Assembly: GCA_043803945.1 (NCBI GenBank)
Contig: JAZDJN010000004.1
Span: 1-47,102 of the forward strand
Origin: a bacterium
GTDB lineage: Bacteria; Bacteroidota; Ignavibacteria; UBA10030
Direction: 5' to 3'
Length of the DNA stretch: 47,102 bases
The translations under genes and the position numbers were made by a program. Shown here in pieces: positions 1-9,559 of the stretch; within the stretch, counting starts at the first letter, position 1; every line of letters starts with the position of its first letter. A model generated the notes under the pieces. That model was not told the origin of the DNA. It ran no database searches and was given only the letters and a program-made list of their open reading frames with translations.

Positions 1-104
1 TCGACGATAACGATTATTTCATCCGCCCATTGCACCGATTCAATGCAATCTTTAATGTTATGTTCTTCGTTTTTCGCTATGATGATGACCGAGAGCGAGC
101 TCAA
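1..104 (-). CDS. Glycosyltransferase family 2 protein, N-terminal part (runs off window start)
   Basis: Manual translation from TTG at 104: MSSLSVIIIAKNEEHNIKDCIESVQWADEIIVIVD, the typical GT2 (WaaE/KdtX-like) N-terminus; starts just after the leuS stop. Confidence 0.85.
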   Translation of the reverse strand, partial: MSSLSVIIIAKNEEHNIKDCIESVQWADEIIVIV

Positions 105-113
105 ATGCGTGCC

Positions 114-2702
114 TTATGATTTCTTTGATACCACAATGTTAACAAGTTTATTTTTGACAACAATGACTTTTATTACGTTTTGGCCTTCCATATGACGTTT
201 GACATTGACGTCAGTTAGTGCAAGTAATTCTAACTCTTTCTCCACGGTATCGAGAGGCACTGATATTTTTGAACGTAACTTCCCATTCACTTGTACGACA
301 ACTTCAATGACATTTTCTTTCGCTTTCGCAGCATCATAAATCGGCCAGTTTTCATAGGCGAGCGATTTGGTGTGGCCCATACGCTGCCACAATTCTTCAG
401 CAAGATGAGGGGCGAACGGAGCGAGGAGAAGGATAAATCCCTCCAGCAATGGCTTTGGCCTTTGTTCTTGCTTCATTGTCTCATTCATAAAAATCATTAA
501 TTGAGAAATGGCAGTATTAAAACGTAATGCTTCGATGTCTTCACTGACTTTTTTAACAGTTTGATGATAGAGGCGCTCGAATTCAATCGTTGCCTGTTCA
601 TCACGAATCGCAGAATCGAGAAGTCCTTCTTCTGTCACAAATAATCGCCATACTCTATTGATAAACCGGAAGACTCCCTCCACTCCTCTCGTACTCCACG
701 GTTTCATTTCTTCGAGCGGTCCCATGAACATCTCAAACATTCTCATTGAATCTGCGCCATACTCAAGGACCACATCATCAGGATTAACAACATTTCCACG
801 GGACTTTGACATTTTCCGGGAATCTTCACCAAGAATTATTCCCTGATGACGGAGCTTCGCGAAGGGTTCTTTTGTACTGATATACCCTAAATCGTACAAC
901 ACCTTGTGCCAGAATCTCGCATACATAAGGTGCAAGACAGCGTGTTCAGAACCGCCTACATAAAAATCCACAGGCATCCAGTATTGCTCTTTTTCTTTGG
1001 AGCATAGTTCGCGTTCATTCTTAGGATCGATGAAGCGCAGATAGTACCAGCACGAACCCGCCCATTGAGGCATTGTGTTCGTTTCTCGGCGTCCCTTCAT
1101 TCCGGTTGATTGATCAACAACGGTAATCCAATCTGTAGCGAGTGCAAGCGGCGATTCTGTTGTTCCGCTTGGTTGAAACTTTTTTAAATCAGGCAAGAGT
1201 AATGGTAATTCACTATCATCCAGGGCTTTCAAGGTACCGTCTTCAAGATAGATTATAGGAATTGGTTCACCCCAATATCGTTGTCGAGAAAACAGCCAAT
1301 CGCGAAGTTTATATTGGATGGTGGCTTTCCCAATATTTTTCTTTTCCAGCCATTCGATAATCCTTCTCTTCGCTTCAGGTGTTGGTAGTCCATTGAGGGA
1401 AAGCTCGTTATTCGAAGAGTTGATTCCTGTGCCACCCTCGATAAATATCTCCGAGGCACCAGAACCACCATCAACAACTTTGAGGATCGGCAGATTGTAC
1501 TTTAGTGCAAACTCAGCATCTCGCTCATCATGCCCAGGGACAGCCATGATAGCTCCGGTGCCATATCCCATCAGGACATAATCTGCAATCCAAATCGGGA
1601 TTTCCTTCCCCGTAGCAGGGTTTATTGCATATCCCCCGGTGAACACACCCGTTTTATCTTTTTCGATTCCTCGTTGAAGCTCGGATTTCAATACTGACTG
1701 CGACTTGTATTCGAGAACGGACGATCGACATTCTTTACTAAGAATTTTATCTACCCAAGGATGTTCCGGCGCCATAACCATGTATGTTGCACCAAAGAGA
1801 GTGTCTGCCCTCGTGGTGAAGACTTTGAGTTTTTCATCGAGGTCTTTTATTTGAAATTCAATTTCAGCACCTTCCGATTGGCCGATCCAATTACGTTGCT
1901 GTTCAAGTGTCGACATTGGCCAATCAAGTTCTTTCGCATCCTCTAATAACCGCTCAGCATAAGCAGTAATCCGCATGATCCACTGTTTCATAGGGCGTCG
2001 TTCGACAGTATAGCCCTTTTCAGTCCACTCAGCAACCTCCTCATTCGCCAACACGGTACCAAGTGTTTCACACCAATTCACCGGAATCTCAGCGAGATAG
2101 GCTAAACGAAATTGCGCAATGTAATCGTGTTTCTCTTTCTTTAACTTCTGTTTCCACTCCTCGGCTGTGAAATGCGATGCCTGTTGCAGGTCGCTCGTCC
2201 CTTTTTCTTCCAATTCTTCCAAAAGTGTAGAAATAGGTCTGGCCTTTCTCACACGCGGATCGAACCAGGAGTTATAGATTTTCAGAAATATCCATTGAGT
2301 CCATCGATAATACGATGGATCAGTCGTATTAATTTCCCGTGACCAATCATAGCTTAAGCCAAGCATCTTTATTTGACGCCGGAAAGTGGAAATATTTTCT
2401 TCTGTCGTAACCTGTGGATGGATATTGGTTTGCATCGCATAGCGTTCTGCAGGGAGCCCAAAAGCATCCCAGCCCATCGGATGGAGAATATTAAAATTAT
2501 TCATTCTCTTATAGCGACAAAATATATCTGTCGCAGTATAGCCCTCCGGATGGCCTACATGAAGCCCCGTTCCTGAGGGGTAGGGATACATGTCGAGAAC
2601 ATATATTTTTTTCTTCTCTGAAGATATTTCTGATGCAAATGTCTGGTGTTGTTCCCAATACTCTTGCCACTTTTTCTCTATCTCTAAGAACTGATACTTC
2701 AT
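114..2702 (-). CDS. leuS: Leucyl-tRNA synthetase
   Basis: 862 aa; class I motifs [13 protein letters not shown] and KMSKS, editing-domain VFTTRADT and [16 protein letters not shown]-terminal VVQVNGKLR. Confidence 0.98.
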   Translation of the reverse strand: MKYQFLEIEKKWQEYWEQHQTFASEISSEKKKIYVLDMYPYPSGTGLHVGHPEGYTATDIFCRYKRMNNFNILHPMGWDAFGLPAERYAMQTNIHPQVTTEENISTFRRQIKMLGLSYDWSREINTTDPSYYRWTQWIFLKIYNSWFDPRVRKARPISTLLEELEEKGTSDLQQASHFTAEEWKQKLKKEKHDYIAQFRLAYLAEIPVNWCETLGTVLANEEVAEWTEKGYTVERRPMKQWIMRITAYAERLLEDAKELDWPMSTLEQQRNWIGQSEGAEIEFQIKDLDEKLKVFTTRADTLFGATYMVMAPEHPWVDKILSKECRSSVLEYKSQSVLKSELQRGIEKDKTGVFTGGYAINPATGKEIPIWIADYVLMGYGTGAIMAVPGHDERDAEFALKYNLPILKVVDGGSGASEIFIEGGTGINSSNNELSLNGLPTPEAKRRIIEWLEKKNIGKATIQYKLRDWLFSRQRYWGEPIPIIYLEDGTLKALDDSELPLLLPDLKKFQPSGTTESPLALATDWITVVDQSTGMKGRRETNTMPQWAGSCWYYLRFIDPKNERELCSKEKEQYWMPVDFYVGGSEHAVLHLMYARFWHKVLYDLGYISTKEPFAKLRHQGIILGEDSRKMSKSRGNVVNPDDVVLEYGADSMRMFEMFMGPLEEMKPWSTRGVEGVFRFINRVWRLFVTEEGLLDSAIRDEQATIEFERLYHQTVKKVSEDIEALRFNTAISQLMIFMNETMKQEQRPKPLLEGFILLLAPFAPHLAEELWQRMGHTKSLAYENWPIYDAAKAKENVIEVVVQVNGKLRSKISVPLDTVEKELELLALTDVNVKRHMEGQNVIKVIVVKNKLVNIVVSKKS

Positions 2703-2839
2703 GGTTGACCGATAATCCTTTCTTCGCTAAACACGGGATACTGCTTTCTGGATGAAGGCTGTTATAAAGAATGTAGCAATTATGACGCGGAGATTCAATC
2801 GTTGTCTTGGGGGAACAATTACCGACTTTTTATCGTCAG

Positions 2840-4564
2840 TTACAACGCCTTTATTACCAGCATTGTAATATCATCGGATTGTGGAGTACCGAGGGTATGC
2901 GCTTCAACTGCTTTGAGAACTCTTTGAATAATTTCCTTCGCTGAATAATCTTTTACTTCCCGTAGAACTTGTTCAAGTCGTGCCTCTGTGAAATCTTCTC
3001 CAGCATCATTCATCGCTTCACTGACTCCATCGGTAAACATTACGATGGATTCACCTGGTTGTATGGTGACAGTTCCTTCCGGATACGGCGCGGTAGTATT
3101 CAGAAGTCCCAGGATAATCCCTCCCACATCAAGCTTTTCCAGCGTTCCATCATTCCGAAGGAGGTACGGTGGATTATGACCAGCATTGACATACCTAAAT
3201 ATCCTCTTTTCGGCATTCAGCGATCCCCAGAAAAAAGTGATAAATTTACTTTGTCCTGTATTGCCACAGACAAGGTCATTAATCCTGCCTGTAGCTTCAG
3301 AGAGACTCAATCCCATCGGTGCAAATGCTCGAAATGCTGCCTGGACATTCGCCATCAAAAGAGCTGCACCGGTTCCCTTCCCAGAAACATCCCCGATCGC
3401 CGCTACATATTCCTCTGGTGTAATCTTTATGACATCATAATAATCACCCCCAACTTGCAAGGAAGGGTCATTGATAGCGGCAATTTCAAAATTCTCGATC
3501 TCGGGTAATTGGAGCGGCAGTAATCCTTGTTGAATTTCTCTAGCGAGCTTTAATTCATCCTCCATTTTTTGTTTCTGTATTTCTTCTCGGAACAATCGGG
3601 CATTTTCAATCGAAACAATTGCCGTACTGCCAAGTGAGTAGAGAAACTCGAGATCGGAGTCAGAATACGCACCACCGCGCAATTTATTCCCCAACAATAT
3701 TGCGCCTTTCATCTTGTTTTGAACCATCATCGGGATAACGACCTCGATGCCATTCGCTTCCATCACTTTTGAAACGGAACTGTATTTTAATTTCTTCCGC
3801 AATTCTGTTACGAGGGTAGCATTCTTTAATGTGCAGAGCTGCTCAAGCAAGGGATTTTGAGATAGGTCATCATCAATTCTCGAAGCAACGATTTGAAACT
3901 TCTCGCCATTCCTCAAGCAGATTGCATATTTATTGACTCCGACGTGTCCAAGGAGAGAAAAGGTCAACAGGCGTATGATCTTTTCTGCTTCGAGAATACC
4001 ATTAAATTCTTTGCTGAGTTCGAAGAGTGTATAGACCTCCTGATTTTTTTGATCAAGTGTTCGATTCACTTCGCTTAACTGGGCAACCATTATAGCTTTT
4101 TCTATTGCCGAGCCTGAGAGGTTCACCAGAGATTTGATAAGTTTTTGCTCATTGACTGAATATTCTTTACCCGATAATCGCTCGCCAAGAGAAAGTAGTC
4201 CGACAATTTTTCGCTGAACGACGATGGGGACCAGTAATCTCAATCCATTGGAATGAAAGAAATGAATCCAGGGATTCTTCCTTTCCTTAAAACGAGCCGT
4301 TTCACTAATAGCCCTGAATGGCCGGTCAATGGCAATGCGTTTAGCGAGGAGAGATTGATCAAGTCCTTTGATCGTAACAATTTCAAAGATTCCCTTTTCC
4401 TTTTTAAGGAGCACGACGCCTTTGGATACCAGCATTTTCCCCATGACAGTCAGGAGGACAGTACCAAGAATAAATGACAGATCCAGTGATGAGTTTACAA
4501 CGTTACTGAATTCAAACAGAGGAACAACATCGGAAGCTTGAGAGAGATTCTGTTTGCGGGGCAC
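2840..4564 (-). CDS. GAF-domain PP2C/SpoIIE-family protein phosphatase (RsbU-like)
   Basis: Two GAF-like regions followed by SpoIIE motifs VGGDYYD, IGDVSGKG, NAGHNPP, FTDGV, DDIT. Confidence 0.92.
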   Translation of the reverse strand: MPRKQNLSQASDVVPLFEFSNVVNSSLDLSFILGTVLLTVMGKMLVSKGVVLLKKEKGIFEIVTIKGLDQSLLAKRIAIDRPFRAISETARFKERKNPWIHFFHSNGLRLLVPIVVQRKIVGLLSLGERLSGKEYSVNEQKLIKSLVNLSGSAIEKAIMVAQLSEVNRTLDQKNQEVYTLFELSKEFNGILEAEKIIRLLTFSLLGHVGVNKYAICLRNGEKFQIVASRIDDDLSQNPLLEQLCTLKNATLVTELRKKLKYSSVSKVMEANGIEVVIPMMVQNKMKGAILLGNKLRGGAYSDSDLEFLYSLGSTAIVSIENARLFREEIQKQKMEDELKLAREIQQGLLPLQLPEIENFEIAAINDPSLQVGGDYYDVIKITPEEYVAAIGDVSGKGTGAALLMANVQAAFRAFAPMGLSLSEATGRINDLVCGNTGQSKFITFFWGSLNAEKRIFRYVNAGHNPPYLLRNDGTLEKLDVGGIILGLLNTTAPYPEGTVTIQPGESIVMFTDGVSEAMNDAGEDFTEARLEQVLREVKDYSAKEIIQRVLKAVEAHTLGTPQSDDITMLVIKAL

Positions 4565-4602
4565 TGTAATAGACCTAGAAGGTAAACTGCTGAAGAATAC
4601 AC

Positions 4603-5046
4603 TTAAGTTTGAGTCGCCGAGCTTTCTGGCGTCAGGTATTTTGTTAAACGAACGATGTTACGCTTGCCAGGGGCAATGCTATACTCCACTTTGTCCATGA
4701 GCGTCTTCATCAGATAAACGCCCAGACCGCCGCGGCGGAAACTCGCGAGGTGTTGTTTTAAATCCGGTGTTTTGATTGTACTGGGATTGAATGCCTTGCC
4801 CTCATCTGAAATGCAAATTTGAATTGAGTTCACTCCTTCTGTAACATCGATATGTATTGATTTATCCGATGCAAACTGATAGGCATGTTTAATGATGTTG
4901 GTACATGCTTCATCAACAGCCAGAACGATTTTTGATGCTTCTTCATCCGGGAAGCCAATTTTTCGAGCTGCATCGAGGATAAACTCCCGAACTTCGAGAA
5001 GGTTATCTGTTTTGCTCTGTATTGTCTTTGAAATCTTTTTTCCCAT
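4603..5046 (-). CDS. Anti-sigma factor / serine kinase, RsbW-like (HATPase_c_2)
   Basis: LAVDEACTNIIKHAY (N box), DEGKAF, RGGLGVYLM; the ATG of MGKKIS at 5046 is preferred over the track's upstream start at 5079. Confidence 0.9.
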   Translation of the reverse strand: MGKKISKTIQSKTDNLLEVREFILDAARKIGFPDEEASKIVLAVDEACTNIIKHAYQFASDKSIHIDVTEGVNSIQICISDEGKAFNPSTIKTPDLKQHLASFRRGGLGVYLMKTLMDKVEYSIAPGKRNIVRLTKYLTPESSATQT

Positions 5047-5091
5047 TACCGCTATCTGTCCCGTGATAAACAGCCGCAAGCACTCTGCAGC

Positions 5092-5442
5092 TTACTTCTT
5101 CTGAAATTTATTGATGGCTTCCTGTTCGTCCTTATAAATTTCATAGAGAATCGGAAATCCCAAGAGATCAAAAACATTGTACACTTTGGGGGACATGTTT
5201 GATAATTTAATATCGCCCTTGTGCTTGCGAACATCTTCGATGTAGGCCATAAACACACCAAGGCCAGCGCTGCTGATGTACGAGAGATCCTTACAATTAA
5301 CTACGATGTTGAATCTCTGGTCCTTCAGCAATTTCTGGAAGGCGGATTCCAAATCGGGTGCCGTGTGTGCATCGAGGTATCCACGAAGGTCAATGACGCT
5401 GACGCCCTCTCCATCCCGTTGATTGACTTTGAATTCACTCAT
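5092..5442 (-). CDS. STAS-domain anti-sigma factor antagonist (RsbV/SpoIIAA-like)
   Basis: 116 aa; LRGYLDAHTA and the phospho-acceptor motif YISSAGLGVF. Confidence 0.93.
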   Translation of the reverse strand: MSEFKVNQRDGEGVSVIDLRGYLDAHTAPDLESAFQKLLKDQRFNIVVNCKDLSYISSAGLGVFMAYIEDVRKHKGDIKLSNMSPKVYNVFDLLGFPILYEIYKDEQEAINKFQKK

Positions 5443-5479
5443 AGAACTGCCTCCTTAATAAAAATCAATACTGTATTCG

Positions 5480-7726
5480 TCAACGGGGTGTCTGCGCATT
5501 CGCCGTTTCCTGACCTAACCACTTAATAACGACGAGTGTCACATCATCCCCATACGTGGAATTCGTAGCATAGTTTCTTACTTCTTCAAGGATATTCTCC
5601 TTGATTCCGTCCGCATTCCGATGACGGGCATGGACGGTCGCCTGAATAAGGCGATCATAGCCAAACTCTTCACCATCAGCGTTCCGGGCTTCGTTGATTC
5701 CGTCACTATAAAAAATGCAAATATCGCCGGTTTTCAGCTTGATCCGAACTTCTTCAGTCGCCCTATCAAAAATCTCCTTATCCGTCAGTCCCAATCCTAT
5801 TCCGTTCGGACGAATGAGCTTTGTCTCCGATCCAGAGAGAAAGATCATGGGACAGTGCCCGGCTCGAGCTATTGTCAGTGTTTGAGTGTCAATTGTAAGA
5901 ACTCCATAGAGGACGCTGATAAATGCTTTTTTTTCCAGATTTTCTCGAAGTGTGTCATTTGTCCTGCTCAGAAGATCTTTCGGTGAGGGGCAAAGCTTGC
6001 CGAGCGACTGAAAGATACCTTTCACCTCTGCCATGTAAAATGCGGCTGAGACACCTTTACCGGCGACATCGCCGACTATGATGCCTAGGCGTTCTGGTGA
6101 GAGTGTGATGAAATCATAGTAATCACCCCCCACCTCCTCGGAAGGAATCGATATCGCTGAGATCTCAAAGGCCGGATGGTATGGGACTCTTTGAGGCAAT
6201 AATTTCTTCTGCATTTCCCGTGCAACCATAATATCACGCTGGTATCGTTCCCGTTCCAGCGACTTTGCGATCAGATTGGCATTCTCGATTGCAATGGTCA
6301 CCTGATCAACGAAGGTCGTCAATACATCGCTGTCCTCCTGATCGAAACCGAAACGATAATCTTTAGTTGCATGAAGAAAACCAATAAATTCACCATGGGA
6401 AATGAGAGGGACAGAGAGAATCGACCCAATGTCAATTTTTGTTTTTTTTAGTTGTTGGGTCCGCTTGTCAGCCATAACATCGTCAATTAGTAATGGCCGT
6501 TTCGAGTCGATTACCAGTCGCCTTATGGAATGTTGTTCACCTGCAGTTATGAGCTCAATTTCTTCCTGGGTAATATTTTTCCTTGAAACCACTTCGACTG
6601 CAATCCGGCCGTCTTCGCTCTGCCCTTTAATTAATTCAAGCCATGTACTTTTTGCCCCCACCACTTCCAACGTCATATTGGTTACAGTATTGACAAGATC
6701 GGAAAAATCGAAGACCTGTGTGATGAGCCGACTGAGATTATGCAGGGAAGTTAGTTCTGTCTTCTTTCGTTCATAGACCTCAGCAGTAGGAAGATGGAAG
6801 AGCGTTGTAATGAATGCCATGCCAAAATAGATCGCTCCAAAAATCATTGTCAGAAATACAAACGGTTGGAGCCAAGCGACGTATCCGGAGAGAATAACCT
6901 CGCCAACAGAATTTGTGGAGAAGATGCAATAACTGAGATAAAAACAAAACAGCAGCACCTCGTAGATGAGTGAAAATACTTTTTCTCTGCGGGAGAGATA
7001 CACAATCCAATTCTGCTTGAATGAATTTATCACCATTAAGATGATCGCAGCGACGAGGAGATAGGTCTTCAGAGAACTGGTGTAGTCCTCTCCTTGTTTT
7101 TGAATTATCGTCTGACTTTGGCGAGCAGTACCTTCCTCAGTATTCTTCTGCAACTCTTCAGTCTGCGCACTGGAAAGTTTTCTCTGCATTGTTCCACTTT
7201 GAAATTTCTCGGAAACATTAGGAACACTTACTATTGCATAAGCGGCGATGATAAAACAAAAGAAGAGAAAATTCCGGCGGGTTCCTTTTTTTCTTTTATA
7301 AATCACCTGGTTATAGATAATCAGGAGGGTGAGGAATGAGAATATCCCGAAGAGAATTGAAACGATTGATATCCGAAATATTGCAAGGGCGCCGAGTGAC
7401 CCTTCCCCGCTCGAAGAGGGAAACAATCCGGAAGAGCCACCCTCCAACATTGCCTCGCCCAAAATGACGATCATGAGAATGAGGAGGAGAACGCAATAGA
7501 CCAATAATCTCCCCATAGTCTTTGGCAGGACAATTGCAGACTGTCTCATTTGCAGCCATTGAAAATAGAGAAGGAGCACAAAGGCGGCGAGAATTACACT
7601 GACCCTGATAAGGCCGGCAGCGGTAACTCCAAGATCAACTGCCGAGGTTGCAACATCGTAAATGAAGACTGAGAGAAACAGGAGCAGGAGGGCGACAAGC
7701 GTCACTATTTTTTTTAAACGATTCAT
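5480..7726 (-). CDS. Membrane-integral GAF + PP2C/SpoIIE phosphatase
   Basis: N-terminal ~310 aa with multiple hydrophobic helices, a GAF region, then VGGDYYD, VGDVAGKG, RAGHCP, YSDGI, DDVT. Confidence 0.9.
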   Translation of the reverse strand: MNRLKKIVTLVALLLLFLSVFIYDVATSAVDLGVTAAGLIRVSVILAAFVLLLYFQWLQMRQSAIVLPKTMGRLLVYCVLLLILMIVILGEAMLEGGSSGLFPSSSGEGSLGALAIFRISIVSILFGIFSFLTLLIIYNQVIYKRKKGTRRNFLFFCFIIAAYAIVSVPNVSEKFQSGTMQRKLSSAQTEELQKNTEEGTARQSQTIIQKQGEDYTSSLKTYLLVAAIILMVINSFKQNWIVYLSRREKVFSLIYEVLLFCFYLSYCIFSTNSVGEVILSGYVAWLQPFVFLTMIFGAIYFGMAFITTLFHLPTAEVYERKKTELTSLHNLSRLITQVFDFSDLVNTVTNMTLEVVGAKSTWLELIKGQSEDGRIAVEVVSRKNITQEEIELITAGEQHSIRRLVIDSKRPLLIDDVMADKRTQQLKKTKIDIGSILSVPLISHGEFIGFLHATKDYRFGFDQEDSDVLTTFVDQVTIAIENANLIAKSLERERYQRDIMVAREMQKKLLPQRVPYHPAFEISAISIPSEEVGGDYYDFITLSPERLGIIVGDVAGKGVSAAFYMAEVKGIFQSLGKLCPSPKDLLSRTNDTLRENLEKKAFISVLYGVLTIDTQTLTIARAGHCPMIFLSGSETKLIRPNGIGLGLTDKEIFDRATEEVRIKLKTGDICIFYSDGINEARNADGEEFGYDRLIQATVHARHRNADGIKENILEEVRNYATNSTYGDDVTLVVIKWLGQETANAQTPR

Positions 7727-7752
7727 CTCATCTCGCCGTTCACCATCTTAAG

Positions 7753-7937
7753 GGATCGGATCCAAGGGATTGTGCCATAATGACTCCCTTCCTAGTGCCG
7801 TTTCCACTAAATGATTTTGTGTTTACCTGTGAAACCCATTGTGGAAACGAGCACTAATGCTCGCTCCCAGTTTGAAGGTCGTTTTCAAGACACAAGATTT
7901 CTTTTTGGGAGCGGCACTAGGGTCCTCTTCCGAATCC
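7753..7937. ncRNA. Candidate structured RNA with a perfect four-way junction (unassigned)
   Basis: Intergenic; nested inverted repeats 7791-7800/7912-7921, 7801-7807/7841-7847, 7848-7853/7858-7863, 7864-7869/7906-7911 with no unpaired bases at the junction; extra stems 7764-7769/7785-7790 and 7753-7760/7929-7937. Confidence 0.55.
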
Positions 7938-7981
7938 ACGCTGCTGCACCACGACATCTCATCGATGTAGTTTTGGTTCAT

Positions 7982-8671
7982 CTAGAGGCTTGCTTGAGCG
8001 ATGTAGCGATCGACCTCCCGGGCATACTCAGATGTAGGATATTCCTTTTTGATTCTCTTAAAAACTTCAATCGCTTTTTCTTTTTTACCGGCTAAGGTAA
8101 AATTTTGACCAGCTTTAAAAAGGTTTGAGGGCGTGAGTACATCCTTATTATCTTTATACGCTGCTTTTTCAAAATAGTCTGCAGCTTTCTCGTGAAGACC
8201 TTTTGCTTCATAGCACGCCGCTGCTCCTGCAATCGAAGAAGCAGATAAATAATCTCCTTTAAGGTTTGCATCCTCGAAATATTCAAGTGCCTTGTCAAAG
8301 TTGCCTATTGAAAAGTAGCTGTTCGCCAGGTAGAACTTCGCAAATCCGCCTGCTGCAGTACTTCCATAATTATCAACGATTGATTGGAGTCCTTCAATGT
8401 TCTGTTCGCCATTGATGGCAAGCTCATATTTCCCTTGATCATAGTATGAAAGGATTGCTCCAAGCTTCGTGCTTGCCAGATGGCTATTCGTCGTCATATT
8501 ATTGATAACAGCATAGGCTATCACAACCACGATAACAATGCCAAGTCCGACGCTTTGCACAAGCTTTTTATTCTGTTCGACCCAAGTCGTTGCTTGAAAA
8601 TAGGAAGTAACGAGCTTGTCTTCCTTCATATCCTTTTTTGTAATCGTAATTTTTTTCTTTGGCTTCAGCAT
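7982..8671 (-). CDS. Membrane-anchored tetratricopeptide repeat protein (YfgM-like)
   Basis: Basic N-terminus, one TM helix (GLGIVIVVVIAYAVI), TPR motifs (YLANSYFSIGNFDKALEYF; FKRIKKEYP). Confidence 0.85.
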   Translation of the reverse strand: MLKPKKKITITKKDMKEDKLVTSYFQATTWVEQNKKLVQSVGLGIVIVVVIAYAVINNMTTNSHLASTKLGAILSYYDQGKYELAINGEQNIEGLQSIVDNYGSTAAGGFAKFYLANSYFSIGNFDKALEYFEDANLKGDYLSASSIAGAAACYEAKGLHEKAADYFEKAAYKDNKDVLTPSNLFKAGQNFTLAGKKEKAIEVFKRIKKEYPTSEYAREVDRYIAQASL

Positions 8672-8713
8672 ACTAGCCTCAATTGATCCTTTAATTGTTA
8701 ATGAGAATTACTG

Positions 8714-8787
8714 TGCGCCCGGGGCGACTCGAACGCCCGGCCTACAGCTCCGGAGGCTGTCGCTCTATCCAACTGAGCTACGGGCGC
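8714..8787 (-). tRNA. tRNA-Arg (CCG)
   Basis: Reverse complement GCGCCCGTAGCTCAGTTGGATAGAGCGACAGCCTCCGGAGCTGTAGGCCGGGCGTTCGAGTCGCCCCGGGCGCA folds as a canonical cloverleaf; anticodon arm ACAGC-CT CCG GA-GCTGT. Confidence 0.96.
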
Positions 8788-8860
8788 ATTGCTAAATAGC
8801 GTTAATTTCGACACTTACGGCTTTATCACAGGAACATAAACATTTGGTTTTGAGCAGCAT

Positions 8861-8934
8861 TGGTAACATTTTGGTAACATTTTCTACTTGGTGATACATT
8901 TTACCATTCACTTTAGTACCGATTCGGTAACATT
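8861..8934. repeat. Short direct repeats GGTAACATT upstream of the tRNA
   Basis: TGGTAACATT at 8861-8870 and 8872-8881, CGGTAACATT at 8925-8934, degenerate copy at 8889-8900. Confidence 0.6.
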
Positions 8935-8943
8935 AAGAAAATA

Positions 8944-8972
8944 AATATATACTACTAAACATTAAATGTCAA
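8944..8972 (-). promoter_or_regulatory. Sigma70-type promoter, likely for tRNA-Arg and downstream genes
   Basis: Minus strand TTGACA (8972-8967), 17 nt spacer, TATATT (8949-8944). Confidence 0.65.
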
Positions 8973-9129
8973 CGATTTTTAAATAAGAGAATAACAATAA
9001 GAATAAACAAATACGAAAATCAAGCAATAATGCCAAGGTCTTCTAAATACTGGCTCACATATCTCAGTTGGCTTCTTCCTGTTTGTGCATAACGATAGTC
9101 AACGAACTTCATTCAGCACCAATTTTCCA

Positions 9130-9490
9130 AAAGAGTCAAGATGCCGTAGCAGAACATATCGCGATGGATACGACAATGGAGTATGAGCGATCACTTGGAT
9201 TGAATCCTGTTGACGTTTCAGCGCATAATGAAGGACACGATATCCGAAGCGTTGATCCTGTCGAGTTCAAGTAGAACATCGAAGTCAAAGGTGTTGATGG
9301 TCGTACTATGGTCTCTAAAAATGAAATAAATCGGTTTACCCAGATTGGAGACAACGTCTGGCCTTATCTCGTTATCAAGTGAAAATACGCATTAGGATTT
9401 TTAGTATCTAAAATTCTGCGAAAAGCCTCCCTTTTTAAGCAAATTCAAGGGTGTTCAATATTTTCTGCTTCTGCAGGAATGAAAATCGAA
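9130..9490 (+). pseudogene. DUF3883 (NO VEIN C-terminal, PD-(D/E)XK-like) domain remnant
   Basis: Reading through stops gives AEHIAMDTTMEYERSLGLNPVDVSAHNEGHDIRSVDPVEFK*NIEVKG...SKNEINRFTQIGDNVWPYLV, matching the DUF3883 pattern (E..AM...E...G..DV....GyDI.S...IEVKG...NE); boundaries approximate. Confidence 0.75.
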
Positions 9491-9500
9491 GCCAATGAAA

Positions 9501-9555
9501 GAGTATGTATTTGCGATAAGCACCGTTTTTAGGTATCTTATGCAAAAAGATACTC
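9501..9555. promoter_or_regulatory. Inverted-repeat operator upstream of the abiEi-like gene
   Basis: GAGTATGTATTTGCGATAAG ... CTTATGCAAAAAGATACTC, imperfect ~19-bp arms ending 4 nt before the ATG; AbiEi antitoxins autorepress via long inverted repeats. Confidence 0.6.
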
Positions 9556-9559
9556 TCCT

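Noticed and set aside
2703-2839. T-box leader upstream of leuS
   Set aside because: Gap is only ~137 nt and lacks the T-box UGGNACC antiterminator motif.
7811-8095. 94-aa plus-strand ORF and a 52-codon minus-strand ORF over the structured region
   Set aside because: No recognisable motifs; the plus-strand ORF overlaps the TPR gene antisense, and the region is better explained by secondary structure.
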